From Thermoanaerobaculia bacterium (GTDB taxonomy: Bacteria; Acidobacteriota; Thermoanaerobaculia; UBA5066): 64,000 nt of DNA. Each line of letters begins with the position of its first letter. Positions within the stretch are counted from its first letter, which is position 1. Both the position numbers and the translations under genes were made by a program. Location of the stretch: assembly GCA_963719225.1 (NCBI GenBank), contig CAVRAY010000001.1, positions 3,680,001-3,744,000 on the forward strand, given 5' to 3'. The notes beneath the pieces were generated by a model. That model was not told the DNA's origin, searched no databases, and saw only the letters and a program-made list of their open reading frames with translations. Shown piece by piece: positions 1-8,401 of the stretch.

Positions 1-1225
1 CGACCTTGATGCACCCTCGCGCTTCTGACCTTTCGCGCGCCTTTCCATTGCCCCGCATCTCGAAGAGTCCCACCCGGATGTCGCGTCCCGCCTTGCGCAG
101 CTCCTCCTCGGTCGCGCCGACGCGGCCGAGCTCCGGATCGGTGTAGACGGCATAGGGCACGATGCGCCGCGTCGTGCGCGTGCCGTCCCCCGCGAGCTGC
201 GAGAGCAGGATGCGGTGGTCGTCCCAGGACGTATGCGTGAACATCGGCCAGCCCCGGATGTCGCCGGCGGCCCAGATTCCCGGCACGCTCGTGGCGAGAC
301 GCTCGTCGACCGCGAGGATCCCATGGTCGTCCGCCTTCAGGCCGACCGTCTCGAGGCCGAGATCGTCGGTGTTGGCCCGTCGACCCGCCGAGACGAAGAG
401 GTGTGACGCCGTGAAGACCTCGCGGGCGTCCTCCTTCTCGACGGTCGCCGCGAGGCCCCCTCTCCGTTCCACCACGTTCGTGACGCGGCAGTTCAGGCGG
501 AACCGGATCCCCTCCGACTCCAGGAGGTGCTGGAGGCTTGCGGCGATGTCCCGGTCTTCCCACTTCAGCACCTGATCTCCGTGGTCGACGATCGTCACCC
601 GGCATCCCATCCGGCGGTAGAACTGCCCCATCTCGAGCGCGATGTAGCCGCCTCCCGCGAAGAGGATGTGGCGCGGCAGCTCGTCCTGGTCGAGCCAGTT
701 GCTCGCGTGGAGAAACGGAATGCTCTTCAGGCCGCGGATCGAGCCCAGGTCGCTCCGTGTTCCGGTGTCGAGGACGACCTGGCGCGCCGACAGGGTCTCT
801 TTCCCGATTCGAACCCTGAAGTGCTGCCCCTCGCGTCCCTCGAGACGCGCGTGGCCGCGCACGAGCCGCGGGTTGTCGGATTCCTCGAAGCTGCGCCGGA
901 GTCCGGCGCGCGACGACGTCAGGATGCTGCGCGCGCGATCGAGGACGGCCGGGAAGTCGATCTCGACCTTGGGGACTCTCAGGCCGAAGACAGCCGCGCG
1001 GCGCGCGAGATATGCGGCGCGCGCCGAAGCGATCACGGCCTTCGTCGGCGTGCAGCCGAAGTTGACGCACGAGCCGCCGAGATCCTTCCGCTCCACGATC
1101 GCGACGCGCTTTCCCGCCTTTGCGAGCGCGTGCGAAAGAGGAATCCCGGCCTGGCCCGCGCCGATGATGAGGACGTCGAGAGGAGGCTCGGGCGTCAACG
1201 GCACCTCAGCCGACCGCGGTGGCAT
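1..1225 (-). CDS. Pyridine nucleotide-disulfide oxidoreductase (mercuric reductase/dihydrolipoamide dehydrogenase-like), truncated at window edge
   Basis: Manual translation from ATG 1225: LDVLIIGAGQAG (FAD fold), GGSCVNFGCTPTK redox disulfide, GGGYIALE NAD(P)H motif, VPYAVYTDPELGRVG; not in the ORF track because it runs off the edge. Confidence 0.9.
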   Translation of the reverse strand, partial: MPPRSAEVPLTPEPPLDVLIIGAGQAGIPLSHALAKAGKRVAIVERKDLGGSCVNFGCTPTKAVIASARAAYLARRAAVFGLRVPKVEIDFPAVLDRARSILTSSRAGLRRSFEESDNPRLVRGHARLEGREGQHFRVRIGKETLSARQVVLDTGTRSDLGSIRGLKSIPFLHASNWLDQDELPRHILFAGGGYIALEMGQFYRRMGCRVTIVDHGDQVLKWEDRDIAASLQHLLESEGIRFRLNCRVTNVVERRGGLAATVEKEDAREVFTASHLFVSAGRRANTDDLGLETVGLKADDHGILAVDERLATSVPGIWAAGDIRGWPMFTHTSWDDHRILLSQLAGDGTRTTRRIVPYAVYTDPELGRVGATEEELRKAGRDIRVGLFEMRGNGKARERSEARGCIKV

Positions 1226-1378
1226 TTCCTGACATTCCCCGGAGGAGTGCGATGCGAGATGAGTGCCACGTCAAAGAGGAACTATTTCCGCTTTTACCCT
1301 TCCGGAAATTCGCATGGGACTTGCAGGTTTCCCCGAATCCGGGTGCCCAGCGCCCGCGGAACGGTGAAGGAGGTAAAG

Positions 1379-1786
1379 ATGCCAGAGCTCAGGACTCTCA
1401 AGCGGGCCAGGAAAGACGCGCGCGAAGGCAAAGCGCCCTCGACGCAGGCGGGCGAGTTCGTGCGCGAGGAGATCGAGCACGTCCGCGAGGGCAAGCACGG
1501 AGTTCGATCGGCGAAGCAGGCGATCGCGATCGGGTTGTCGAAAGCGCGCCGCGCGGGAGTCCCTCTGGAACCCCCCAAGCCGGGCACCGCTCCGGAGGAG
1601 ATCCGCGAGCGCGCGAAGAAGGACTATGCCAAAGGGCGGAATCATGCGTTGTTGAGACCGTCACGCACGAGGTCTCAGGCGACCTCGAAGGCCCTGAACC
1701 GCGAGGGCAAGGACGCCGTCTCGCGCGAGGCCCTGTCGCGACAGGCTCGACAGGCTGCACGGAAGAGGAGGCGGGCGGAAAGATAA
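1379..1786 (+). CDS. Small basic DUF6496-type putative DNA-binding protein
   Basis: AGGAGG SD then MPELRTLKRARKDAREGKAPSTQAGEFVREEIEHVREGKHG..SAKQAIAIGLSKARRAG signature. Confidence 0.8.
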   Translation: MPELRTLKRARKDAREGKAPSTQAGEFVREEIEHVREGKHGVRSAKQAIAIGLSKARRAGVPLEPPKPGTAPEEIRERAKKDYAKGRNHALLRPSRTRSQATSKALNREGKDAVSREALSRQARQAARKRRRAER

Positions 1787-1877
1787 GGGACCGCTCCTCG
1801 AGGTTTTCCGGCGCGGGAAATTCCGCGGCATTGCGAAATAGTTCGCACCTGAAACCGCAAAACCCCTTATTTATCAG

Positions 1878-1893
1878 TGGCATCTCCCTTGCG
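1878..1893 (+). promoter_or_regulatory. sigma54 (-24/-12) promoter upstream of PAS-LuxR gene
   Basis: TGGCATCTCCCTTGCG = GG-N10-GC, preceded by an AT-rich tract, 27 nt before ATG 1921. Confidence 0.7.
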
Positions 1894-1920
1894 CTCCTCT
1901 GGTTCCCAAGGAGCGCCCAC

Positions 1921-2469
1921 ATGAAGTCAAACCACGGTCTCTTGGAAGCCTCGTCCTTCAGCGAGCCGCCCGCGATCGCGACCGATGGGAAGCGTCGTGT
2001 GGTTTTCGTGAACTCCGCCGCCGAGCAAATTCTCGGAGTCCGAAGGAAAGAGGTCCTCGGGGCCGAATTGAGCTCGGTGCTCTCGCGTGATGCCCTGAGC
2101 TTGCTCACGCGTTCGGCGACGCTCAAGATCCCGGGCGCCGTGCCGCGCGCCGAGAGGACGGTCTACATTCTGGATCCCGCGGCCGTGCGCGCGGGCTCCT
2201 GTCCCCTGTCGAAACGGGAGCACGAGATCGTGGCGCTCCTCGCCGACGGATGGGCGGCTCTCAACATCGCGGCGCGCCTGAATCTGTCGCACGCGACGGT
2301 CCGAAATCACATTCAGAACGCCCTCAGGAAGCTCGAGGTCCACAGCCAGGTCGAGATCGTCGCCCTCGCGCTCCGCAGCGGCTGGGTGGACCGCCGGGAG
2401 CCCCGCTGGAACGCGGCCCCTTTCACGAGCCCCCGTTCTCACGTCGAAGCGATGGTCGCTGATGCCTGA
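1921..2469 (+). CDS. PAS-like domain + LuxR HTH transcriptional regulator
   Basis: AAGGAG SD; PAS-like VVFVNSAAEQILG; LSKREHEIVALLADG..IAARLNLSHATVRNHIQNALRKL. Confidence 0.85.
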   Translation: MKSNHGLLEASSFSEPPAIATDGKRRVVFVNSAAEQILGVRRKEVLGAELSSVLSRDALSLLTRSATLKIPGAVPRAERTVYILDPAAVRAGSCPLSKREHEIVALLADGWAALNIAARLNLSHATVRNHIQNALRKLEVHSQVEIVALALRSGWVDRREPRWNAAPFTSPRSHVEAMVADA

Positions 2470-2479
2470 AATCCGGACC

Positions 2480-3949
2480 TCAGCGGCGTTCGGATCCAGG
2501 GCCTTGCGCTTCTCCAGGAGGTTTCTGCCCGAGCAGAGGCAGGCGGACGATCGCGGCCGTGCCTCCCTCCGGCGGGCAGCTCAGGAGGATCCCGCCGCCG
2601 TGAGCCTCCGCGACGCGCTTCGCGACCGGGAGGCCCAGTCCGCTTCCCCGGTGCTTCGTCGTGAAGAAGGGATCGAAGACCTTGGCTCGAATTTCTTCGG
2701 GAATGCCCGGTCCCGAGTCGATCAGAGAGACCTCGCAGTGCCCGTCTCGCTCGGCCGTAACCACGCGCAGCGTGCCTTTCCGCCCCGCGGCCTGCGCGCC
2801 GTTCAAGGCGAGATTGAAAAAGACGCTCCTCAGGAGCTCCGTGTCCCCGCGGATCCAGGGATTGTCGCCCGCCATCTCGATTTTCAGCCCCCGGAAGGCG
2901 GGATCGCGGCGAAGTTCGGCGACAGTCTCCCCGAGCAACGGCGCGATCTGGATCGGCGCGAGCTGCGGCGCCCGTGGGCGTGCGAAGACGAGCAGGTCGC
3001 GCACGAGCGCGTTCAGCCCTCCGAGGCGGGCCAGGATCTCCCCGATGATCTGTCGGTCGGCGTGATCCTCCGGCAGGCGGTCCCGGATGATCTGCAGAGC
3101 GCCTCCGATGCCGGCGAGCGGGTTCTTGACCTCGTGAGCGACGATCGCAGCCATCTCGCCGAGCCGGGCGAGGGCCGCCTGCTCCCGAAGGGCCGCCTGA
3201 GCCAGCCGCTGCTCCGACACGTCTCGTTCGATGGCCGAGGCCCCGACGATCTCTCCGAAGTCGTCCTTGACCGGCGACAGCGTGAGGGACACGTCGAACT
3301 CGGTGCCGTCACGCCTCAGGCGGCGCGTTTCGAGATACGCGACGTGCTCCCCGCGGGAGACCCGCTCCAGAAGCTTTTGAAATTCGTCCTTCCGGTCCCC
3401 CGGGAGGATTCGAGCGACGGACTCGCCGAGGATCTCGTCGCTTTTCCAGCCGTAAATCCGCTCCGCGCCCGTGTTCCACGTGGTGATCAGGCCCTCGAGG
3501 GATTTTCCGATGATCGCATCGTTGGAATTCTCGATGATCGCCGCCGCGCGCCGGAGCTCCCCCTCGGCTCGCTTTCGGTCCGTGATGTCGGCGCGAATAG
3601 CCAGGTACTGGTAGGGTTTCCCGTCGTCACCCAGGAAAGGCACGATCGTCGTGTCGACCCAGTAGATGCTCCCGTCCTTGGCCCGATTGCGGATCTCGCC
3701 TCGCCAGACCTGTCCGCTCGCGATCGTGCTCCAGAGGTTCTGGATGAACTCCTTCGGGTGGTAACCCGAATTGATGATCCGGTGGTCCTGCCCGAGGAGC
3801 TCCTCGCGGGAGTATTTCGAGATCTCGCAGAACTTGTCATTGACGTAATTGATGATGCCGCGCTGGTCCGTCCGCGCGACGATCGCCGACTGATCGAGGG
3901 CATAGACGATGTCGTCGAGCTCGCGGCTTCCGGCCCTCTCGTCCGTCAT
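2480..3949 (-). CDS. Cytoplasmic double-PAS sensor histidine kinase
   Basis: Two PAS/PAC domains; H-box AHEVKNPL; N, G1 (DSGPGI), F and G2 (GSGLGL) boxes. Confidence 0.93.
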   Translation of the reverse strand: MTDERAGSRELDDIVYALDQSAIVARTDQRGIINYVNDKFCEISKYSREELLGQDHRIINSGYHPKEFIQNLWSTIASGQVWRGEIRNRAKDGSIYWVDTTIVPFLGDDGKPYQYLAIRADITDRKRAEGELRRAAAIIENSNDAIIGKSLEGLITTWNTGAERIYGWKSDEILGESVARILPGDRKDEFQKLLERVSRGEHVAYLETRRLRRDGTEFDVSLTLSPVKDDFGEIVGASAIERDVSEQRLAQAALREQAALARLGEMAAIVAHEVKNPLAGIGGALQIIRDRLPEDHADRQIIGEILARLGGLNALVRDLLVFARPRAPQLAPIQIAPLLGETVAELRRDPAFRGLKIEMAGDNPWIRGDTELLRSVFFNLALNGAQAAGRKGTLRVVTAERDGHCEVSLIDSGPGIPEEIRAKVFDPFFTTKHRGSGLGLPVAKRVAEAHGGGILLSCPPEGGTAAIVRLPLLGQKPPGEAQGPGSERR

Positions 3950-4026
3950 CGCGGGCAGGATATGGCACTTTCGACGCGCGGCGAAGATCGAGGCACGACT
4001 GCGGCCGCTGTCGCCGCGGAGGAGGG

Positions 4027-4392
4027 ATGAGGCCCGTGATTCTGATTGTGGACGACGAAAGTCTCATCCGCTGGTCGCTCCGCGAGAAGCTCGCGGCCGC
4101 GGGCTATGCGGTCCTCGAGGCCGAGACGGGGCTCGACGCGCTCGACGTCGTCTCCAGGGAGGCCGTGAGCCTCGTTCTCCTCGATCTTTCGCTGCCGGGA
4201 TTGAACGGTCTCGGAGTCCTCGAGCGCGTGAAGAAGGACCACCCGGATTGTCCGGTCATCCTCATGACCGCTTTTGATTCGCCCGGCTCGGCCGAGCGCG
4301 CGGCCGCGCTCGGCGCGGCGCACTTCGTGACGAAACCGTTCGACTTCGACCGGATGGTCCGTCTCGTCGGCGAGGAGCTCAAGTCGGCGTAA
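4027..4392 (+). CDS. Single-domain response regulator
   Basis: ILIVDDE, LLDLSLPG, MTA, KPF receiver motifs; 121 aa. Confidence 0.9.
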   Translation: MRPVILIVDDESLIRWSLREKLAAAGYAVLEAETGLDALDVVSREAVSLVLLDLSLPGLNGLGVLERVKKDHPDCPVILMTAFDSPGSAERAAALGAAHFVTKPFDFDRMVRLVGEELKSA

Positions 4393-4424
4393 AGCTGGCT
4401 CGATTCCCCGTCTAGAATGCGCGC

Positions 4425-5780
4425 GTGGCGCCGGTCCGGATCCTCATCGTCGATGACGAAAAGCTGATCCGCTGGTCGCTCCGCCAGCGGCTGGAGGCGG
4501 CCGGCTACGAGGTCCTGGAGGCCGAGGACGGCGCGGAGGGGCTCGAGCGGTGCCGCGAGAACGTCGACCTCGTGATCCTCGACTTCCGCCTCCCCGATAC
4601 GGACGGGATCTCGCTCATCCCGAGGATCAAGCAGCTTGATCCGGACATCGTCGTCATCCTCCTGACGGCCTACGCGAGCGTGCCGAGCGCGATCCAGGCG
4701 ATCAAGCTCGGCGCGTATCACTACGTCAACAAGCCGGTCGAGCTCGAGGAGATGGTGCTTCTCGTCGAGAAGGCGCTCGAAACGACGCGGCTGAAGCGCG
4801 AGGTGCGTGCTTTGCGCGCGCGCGAGTCGGCGCCGTACGCCTTCGACCGGATCGTGGGCGAGTCCGCGCCGATGCAGGGCGTGAAGGCTCTCCTCAGGAA
4901 GATCGCCGCGAGCCCGTCGTCCACCGTCCTCCTCACGGGCGAGAGTGGGACGGGGAAGGACCTGGCCGCGAAGGCGGTCCACTTCGGCAGCGCGCGCGCG
5001 ACCGGCCCCTTCCTGAACATCACGTGTTCGGCCATTCCCGAGACGCTCCTCGAGAGCGAGCTCTTCGGCCACGAGAAAGGCGCCTTCACGGATGCCAAGG
5101 GCCAGAAGAAAGGCCTCCTGGAGCAGGCGGACGGCGGAACCGCTTTCCTCGACGAGATCGGCGAGATCGCGCCGGTTCTGCAGGCAAAGCTCCTTCGTTT
5201 CCTCGAGGAGAAGGCGTTCCGGCGCGTGGGAGGCAGCGACGACCTGCGCGTCGACGTGCGAATCGTCGCCGCCACGAACCGCAACCTCGAGGACGCCGTT
5301 CGCGAGGGACGGTTCCGCGAAGACCTCTACTACCGCCTCCGCGTCCTGCCCGTGGAGCTCCCGCCGCTCAGGGAACGGGACGGCGACGTGCTGCTTCTGG
5401 CGAATCATTTCGTCGACGGCTTCAACCGCGAGTTCAAGAAATCCATCCGGGGGTTCGTGCCAGAGGCTCGCGCCGCGCTCCAGACGTACCCATGGCCCGG
5501 CAACATCCGCGAGCTCCGCAACGTGCTCGAGCGCGCCGTCCTCCTCGCCGAGAAGGATCTTCTCGAGAAGGAGGACGTCCTCGCGGTCACGCCGGCGTCC
5601 CTCTCCGCCGGCTTTCAACTTCCCGTGGGCGGACTCGATCTCGAAAGGCTCGAGCGTGACCTCCTCGTGCAGGCCCTGAAGCGAAGCGGCGGCAACCAGA
5701 CGCACGCGGGAAAGCTGCTCGGCCTCAACCGTGACCAGATCCGCTACCGGATCGAGAAGTTCGGCCTCGAACGAGACTGA
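4425..5780 (+). CDS. NtrC/AtoC-family sigma54-dependent response regulator
   Basis: REC domain, GESGTGKD, ESELFGHEKGAFTDA, WPGNIREL, Fis HTH. Confidence 0.95.
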   Translation: MAPVRILIVDDEKLIRWSLRQRLEAAGYEVLEAEDGAEGLERCRENVDLVILDFRLPDTDGISLIPRIKQLDPDIVVILLTAYASVPSAIQAIKLGAYHYVNKPVELEEMVLLVEKALETTRLKREVRALRARESAPYAFDRIVGESAPMQGVKALLRKIAASPSSTVLLTGESGTGKDLAAKAVHFGSARATGPFLNITCSAIPETLLESELFGHEKGAFTDAKGQKKGLLEQADGGTAFLDEIGEIAPVLQAKLLRFLEEKAFRRVGGSDDLRVDVRIVAATNRNLEDAVREGRFREDLYYRLRVLPVELPPLRERDGDVLLLANHFVDGFNREFKKSIRGFVPEARAALQTYPWPGNIRELRNVLERAVLLAEKDLLEKEDVLAVTPASLSAGFQLPVGGLDLERLERDLLVQALKRSGGNQTHAGKLLGLNRDQIRYRIEKFGLERD

Positions 5781-5824
5781 TTCTTATTTGCCGAAAGCGT
5801 CGACGCGCGCGATAAGATCAGCGG

Positions 5825-6976
5825 ATGAATCCCTCCCAGAAGGACTGGACGAACCTCCTCTTTCTCCTGATCTCTCCCGTCGTGGGTATCGCGGGGACGA
5901 TCCTCTACGCGGCCCGCTACGGCGTCCAGTGGTGGGAGCCGGTACTCTGCCTGACGCTCTTTTTCGCAATCGGGCTCTCCATCGGCTCGGGCTATCACCG
6001 GTATTTCTCGCACCGCACGTACGAGTGCCACCCCGCGGTCGAGTCCGTCATGCTCTTTTTCGGGGCGATGGCGCTGCAGAACTCGGCCCTCCAGTGGGCG
6101 CGCGACCACCGCGAGCACCACCGCTTCGTCGACACGGACCGGGACCCGTACAACATCAAGCGCGGCTTCCTCTGGGCGCACATCGCGTGGATCTTCTACA
6201 AGCAGGGGCCGCACCGGAATTTCGACAACGTCCCGGACCTCAAGCGCAACCCGCGCGTCATGTGGCAGCACCGGTTCTCGAAGGTGATCGGCATCGGCGT
6301 CGGCCTCGGGCTTCCGACCGTCGTGGGCGCGTTCTTCGGACGCCCGCTCGGCGGCCTCCTGTGGGGCGGCTTCCTGCGCATCGTCCTCATCCACCACACG
6401 ACGTTCTTCATCAACTCTCTCGCGCACATGTGGGGCGCGCGTCCGTACTCGACGGAGAACACGGCGCGCGACAACTGGTTCCTCGCCTTCTTCACGCACG
6501 GCGAGGGCTTCCACAACTTCCATCACGCGTTTCCGTCCGATTTCCGGAACGGTATCCGCTGGTACCACTGGGATCCGAACAAGTGGCTCATCCAGACCTT
6601 CCGGGCGACGCGGCTCGCGCGCAATCTCCGCGTGACTCCCCCGCCGCTGGTCGAGAACGCGAAGCTGAAGGTAGCGGCGGTCAGCGCCGAAGCGCGGCTG
6701 GCCCGCGTCCCCACCGGGATCGCGGACGACCTCCGCGCCCGCGCGGAGCAGGCGCGCGCTCGCATGGAGGAAACGCTGAATCTCTGGAAAGAGGCCTACG
6801 CCCGGCACGGCGAGCTGAAGGCGGCGAAACGGAAGGGTCAGCGCCTGCCGTCCGAAGCGATGCGGGAGATCCGCCGCCAGATGCGCGAATACAAGAGGCG
6901 CTTCCGCGAGACGCACCTCGAGTGGAAGGCCGCGCTCGACCGGTTCACCGAGCTCCCTGCGGTCCAGGGCCTCTAG
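5825..6976 (+). CDS. Acyl-CoA (delta-9) fatty acid desaturase with C-terminal helical extension
   Basis: His boxes HRYFSH, HREHH, HNFHH; transmembrane segments. Confidence 0.92.
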   Translation: MNPSQKDWTNLLFLLISPVVGIAGTILYAARYGVQWWEPVLCLTLFFAIGLSIGSGYHRYFSHRTYECHPAVESVMLFFGAMALQNSALQWARDHREHHRFVDTDRDPYNIKRGFLWAHIAWIFYKQGPHRNFDNVPDLKRNPRVMWQHRFSKVIGIGVGLGLPTVVGAFFGRPLGGLLWGGFLRIVLIHHTTFFINSLAHMWGARPYSTENTARDNWFLAFFTHGEGFHNFHHAFPSDFRNGIRWYHWDPNKWLIQTFRATRLARNLRVTPPPLVENAKLKVAAVSAEARLARVPTGIADDLRARAEQARARMEETLNLWKEAYARHGELKAAKRKGQRLPSEAMREIRRQMREYKRRFRETHLEWKAALDRFTELPAVQGL

Positions 6977-6980
6977 TTCG

Positions 6981-8399
6981 TCAGGCCGCAGGCATCAGGA
7001 ATCCGAGGTCCGCCGGCGCGAAGCGATAGAGCAACGGAAAGATCGTCTGGACGTCCACCGCCGAGACGCCGAACCACCGCGCGAGCGTCGCCCCGTACTG
7101 GTCCACGGAGCACGTCGGGATCCACCGGCCTCGACTGTCCGTGTCGAGCGGGTTGGCGTTGCCGAGCGTGAGGTCCTGAAAGACGCTGCCGTTCGGCCCC
7201 GCGACCCCGTAGAAGTCGCCGCCCTTCACGGAAGCGCCCATAATGAACTGGTGATTGCCCCAGGCGTGGTCCGAGCCGACGGTCGTGCCCGTGCCCGAGG
7301 CTTGTAGCGTCCTCCCAAAATCGGATCCCGTGAAGGTCGTGACGCGCCCCGAGATTCCGAGCTCGACGGTCGCGTTGTAGAAGGCCGTCATCGCGGCCGA
7401 GAGCCGCCCGTAGAGCGTCGTGTGCGCCGCGAGCTGGTCCTGGTGCGTGTCGAACCCGCCCAGCGAGCAGAAGAAGACCTGCCGGTTCAGGCCGAGCTGC
7501 GGGGCCGACTGGTTGAGCTTCATGATCTTCGCCACCTGCTTGAGCTGATTTCCGATGCTCGTATTCGGGAAGACCGTCGTCAGAGTCGGATCGACGGCGA
7601 GCGCGGCCCCGATGTTGAGCGCTTCCTGCGTCACGTCGCTCGTCGCTTTCACGAGAGGCACGCCGGTGTCGAACGTGCGCAGGGTGTTCATCGCGTTCTT
7701 CCGCGCGACGTCCGTCGCGGAAGCCGTGAACCCGTTCAGGACGAGGATCTGGTTCAGCGCGGTGGGAGCGGGAGCGGCGCCGAGCGGCTTCGTGATCTGC
7801 CCCTTGTTGAACTGGTTGTTCCCCGCGAGAGACGTCACGGGCGGGAACGCCGAGCCGCCGTTCAGGGCGAGCTGGTTGTCGGCGGAAAGGCCGCCCCAGC
7901 CGAGCGTCGTCTTCTGGTCGGCGCGCGTCGCCATCCAGAGGGACTGCTGGTCGCTGTGGGAGAAAAGCTGGTACGGGCGGAACGCGGGGTTCGTCTTGTA
8001 CTGGTTCTTCGTCGTGGGCTGCGTGAGGGGGCCCACGTTCGTGACGACCGCGAGCTTGCCCGAATTCCAGAGGCCCTGCAGGCCCGTCATCGCGGGATGA
8101 AGGCCGTACGCGAGGCCGATGCTCGCGGGTGTGATCTGGAGAAGGCTGCCCTGCGCGAGCGCGAGGCTGCCGCCTCGGGAGCCCAGGTATGCGGAGTACC
8201 CGGATCCGTAGGCGGGGACGACCATGTTGTTCGCGTCGTTCCCGCCGAACAGGAAGATGCAGACGAGCGCCCGGTAGTCGTTCGGCGCGGCCTGGGCCTG
8301 GTGCGCGACGAGGCCGAAGCGCTCGAGAGTTTCGGCGAAGGCGGCCATTCCCACGGCGCCGCACGCGGAGATACGGAGGAAGTCCCTGCGAGTTTTCAT
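6981..8399 (-). CDS. DUF1501 domain protein with Tat signal
   Basis: True start MKTRRDFL at 8399 (GAGG SD); ALVCIFLFGGNDANN, LFSHSDQQ, GGFDTH, SDFGRT, GSDHAWG. Confidence 0.9.
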   Translation of the reverse strand: MKTRRDFLRISACGAVGMAAFAETLERFGLVAHQAQAAPNDYRALVCIFLFGGNDANNMVVPAYGSGYSAYLGSRGGSLALAQGSLLQITPASIGLAYGLHPAMTGLQGLWNSGKLAVVTNVGPLTQPTTKNQYKTNPAFRPYQLFSHSDQQSLWMATRADQKTTLGWGGLSADNQLALNGGSAFPPVTSLAGNNQFNKGQITKPLGAAPAPTALNQILVLNGFTASATDVARKNAMNTLRTFDTGVPLVKATSDVTQEALNIGAALAVDPTLTTVFPNTSIGNQLKQVAKIMKLNQSAPQLGLNRQVFFCSLGGFDTHQDQLAAHTTLYGRLSAAMTAFYNATVELGISGRVTTFTGSDFGRTLQASGTGTTVGSDHAWGNHQFIMGASVKGGDFYGVAGPNGSVFQDLTLGNANPLDTDSRGRWIPTCSVDQYGATLARWFGVSAVDVQTIFPLLYRFAPADLGFLMPAA

Positions 8400-8401
8400 G
8401 T

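Noticed and set aside
1-1225. Mercury resistance locus (merA)
   Set aside because: No NmerA domain, no mer neighbours, and the C-terminus is outside the window
1310-1325. sigma54 promoter upstream of the DUF6496 gene
   Set aside because: TCGCATGGGACTTGCA lacks one invariant G at -24
6650-6976. Desaturase C-terminal coiled-coil as a novel fusion
   Set aside because: Similar helical extensions occur in other bacterial delta-9 desaturases, and there is no cytochrome b5 HPGG motif
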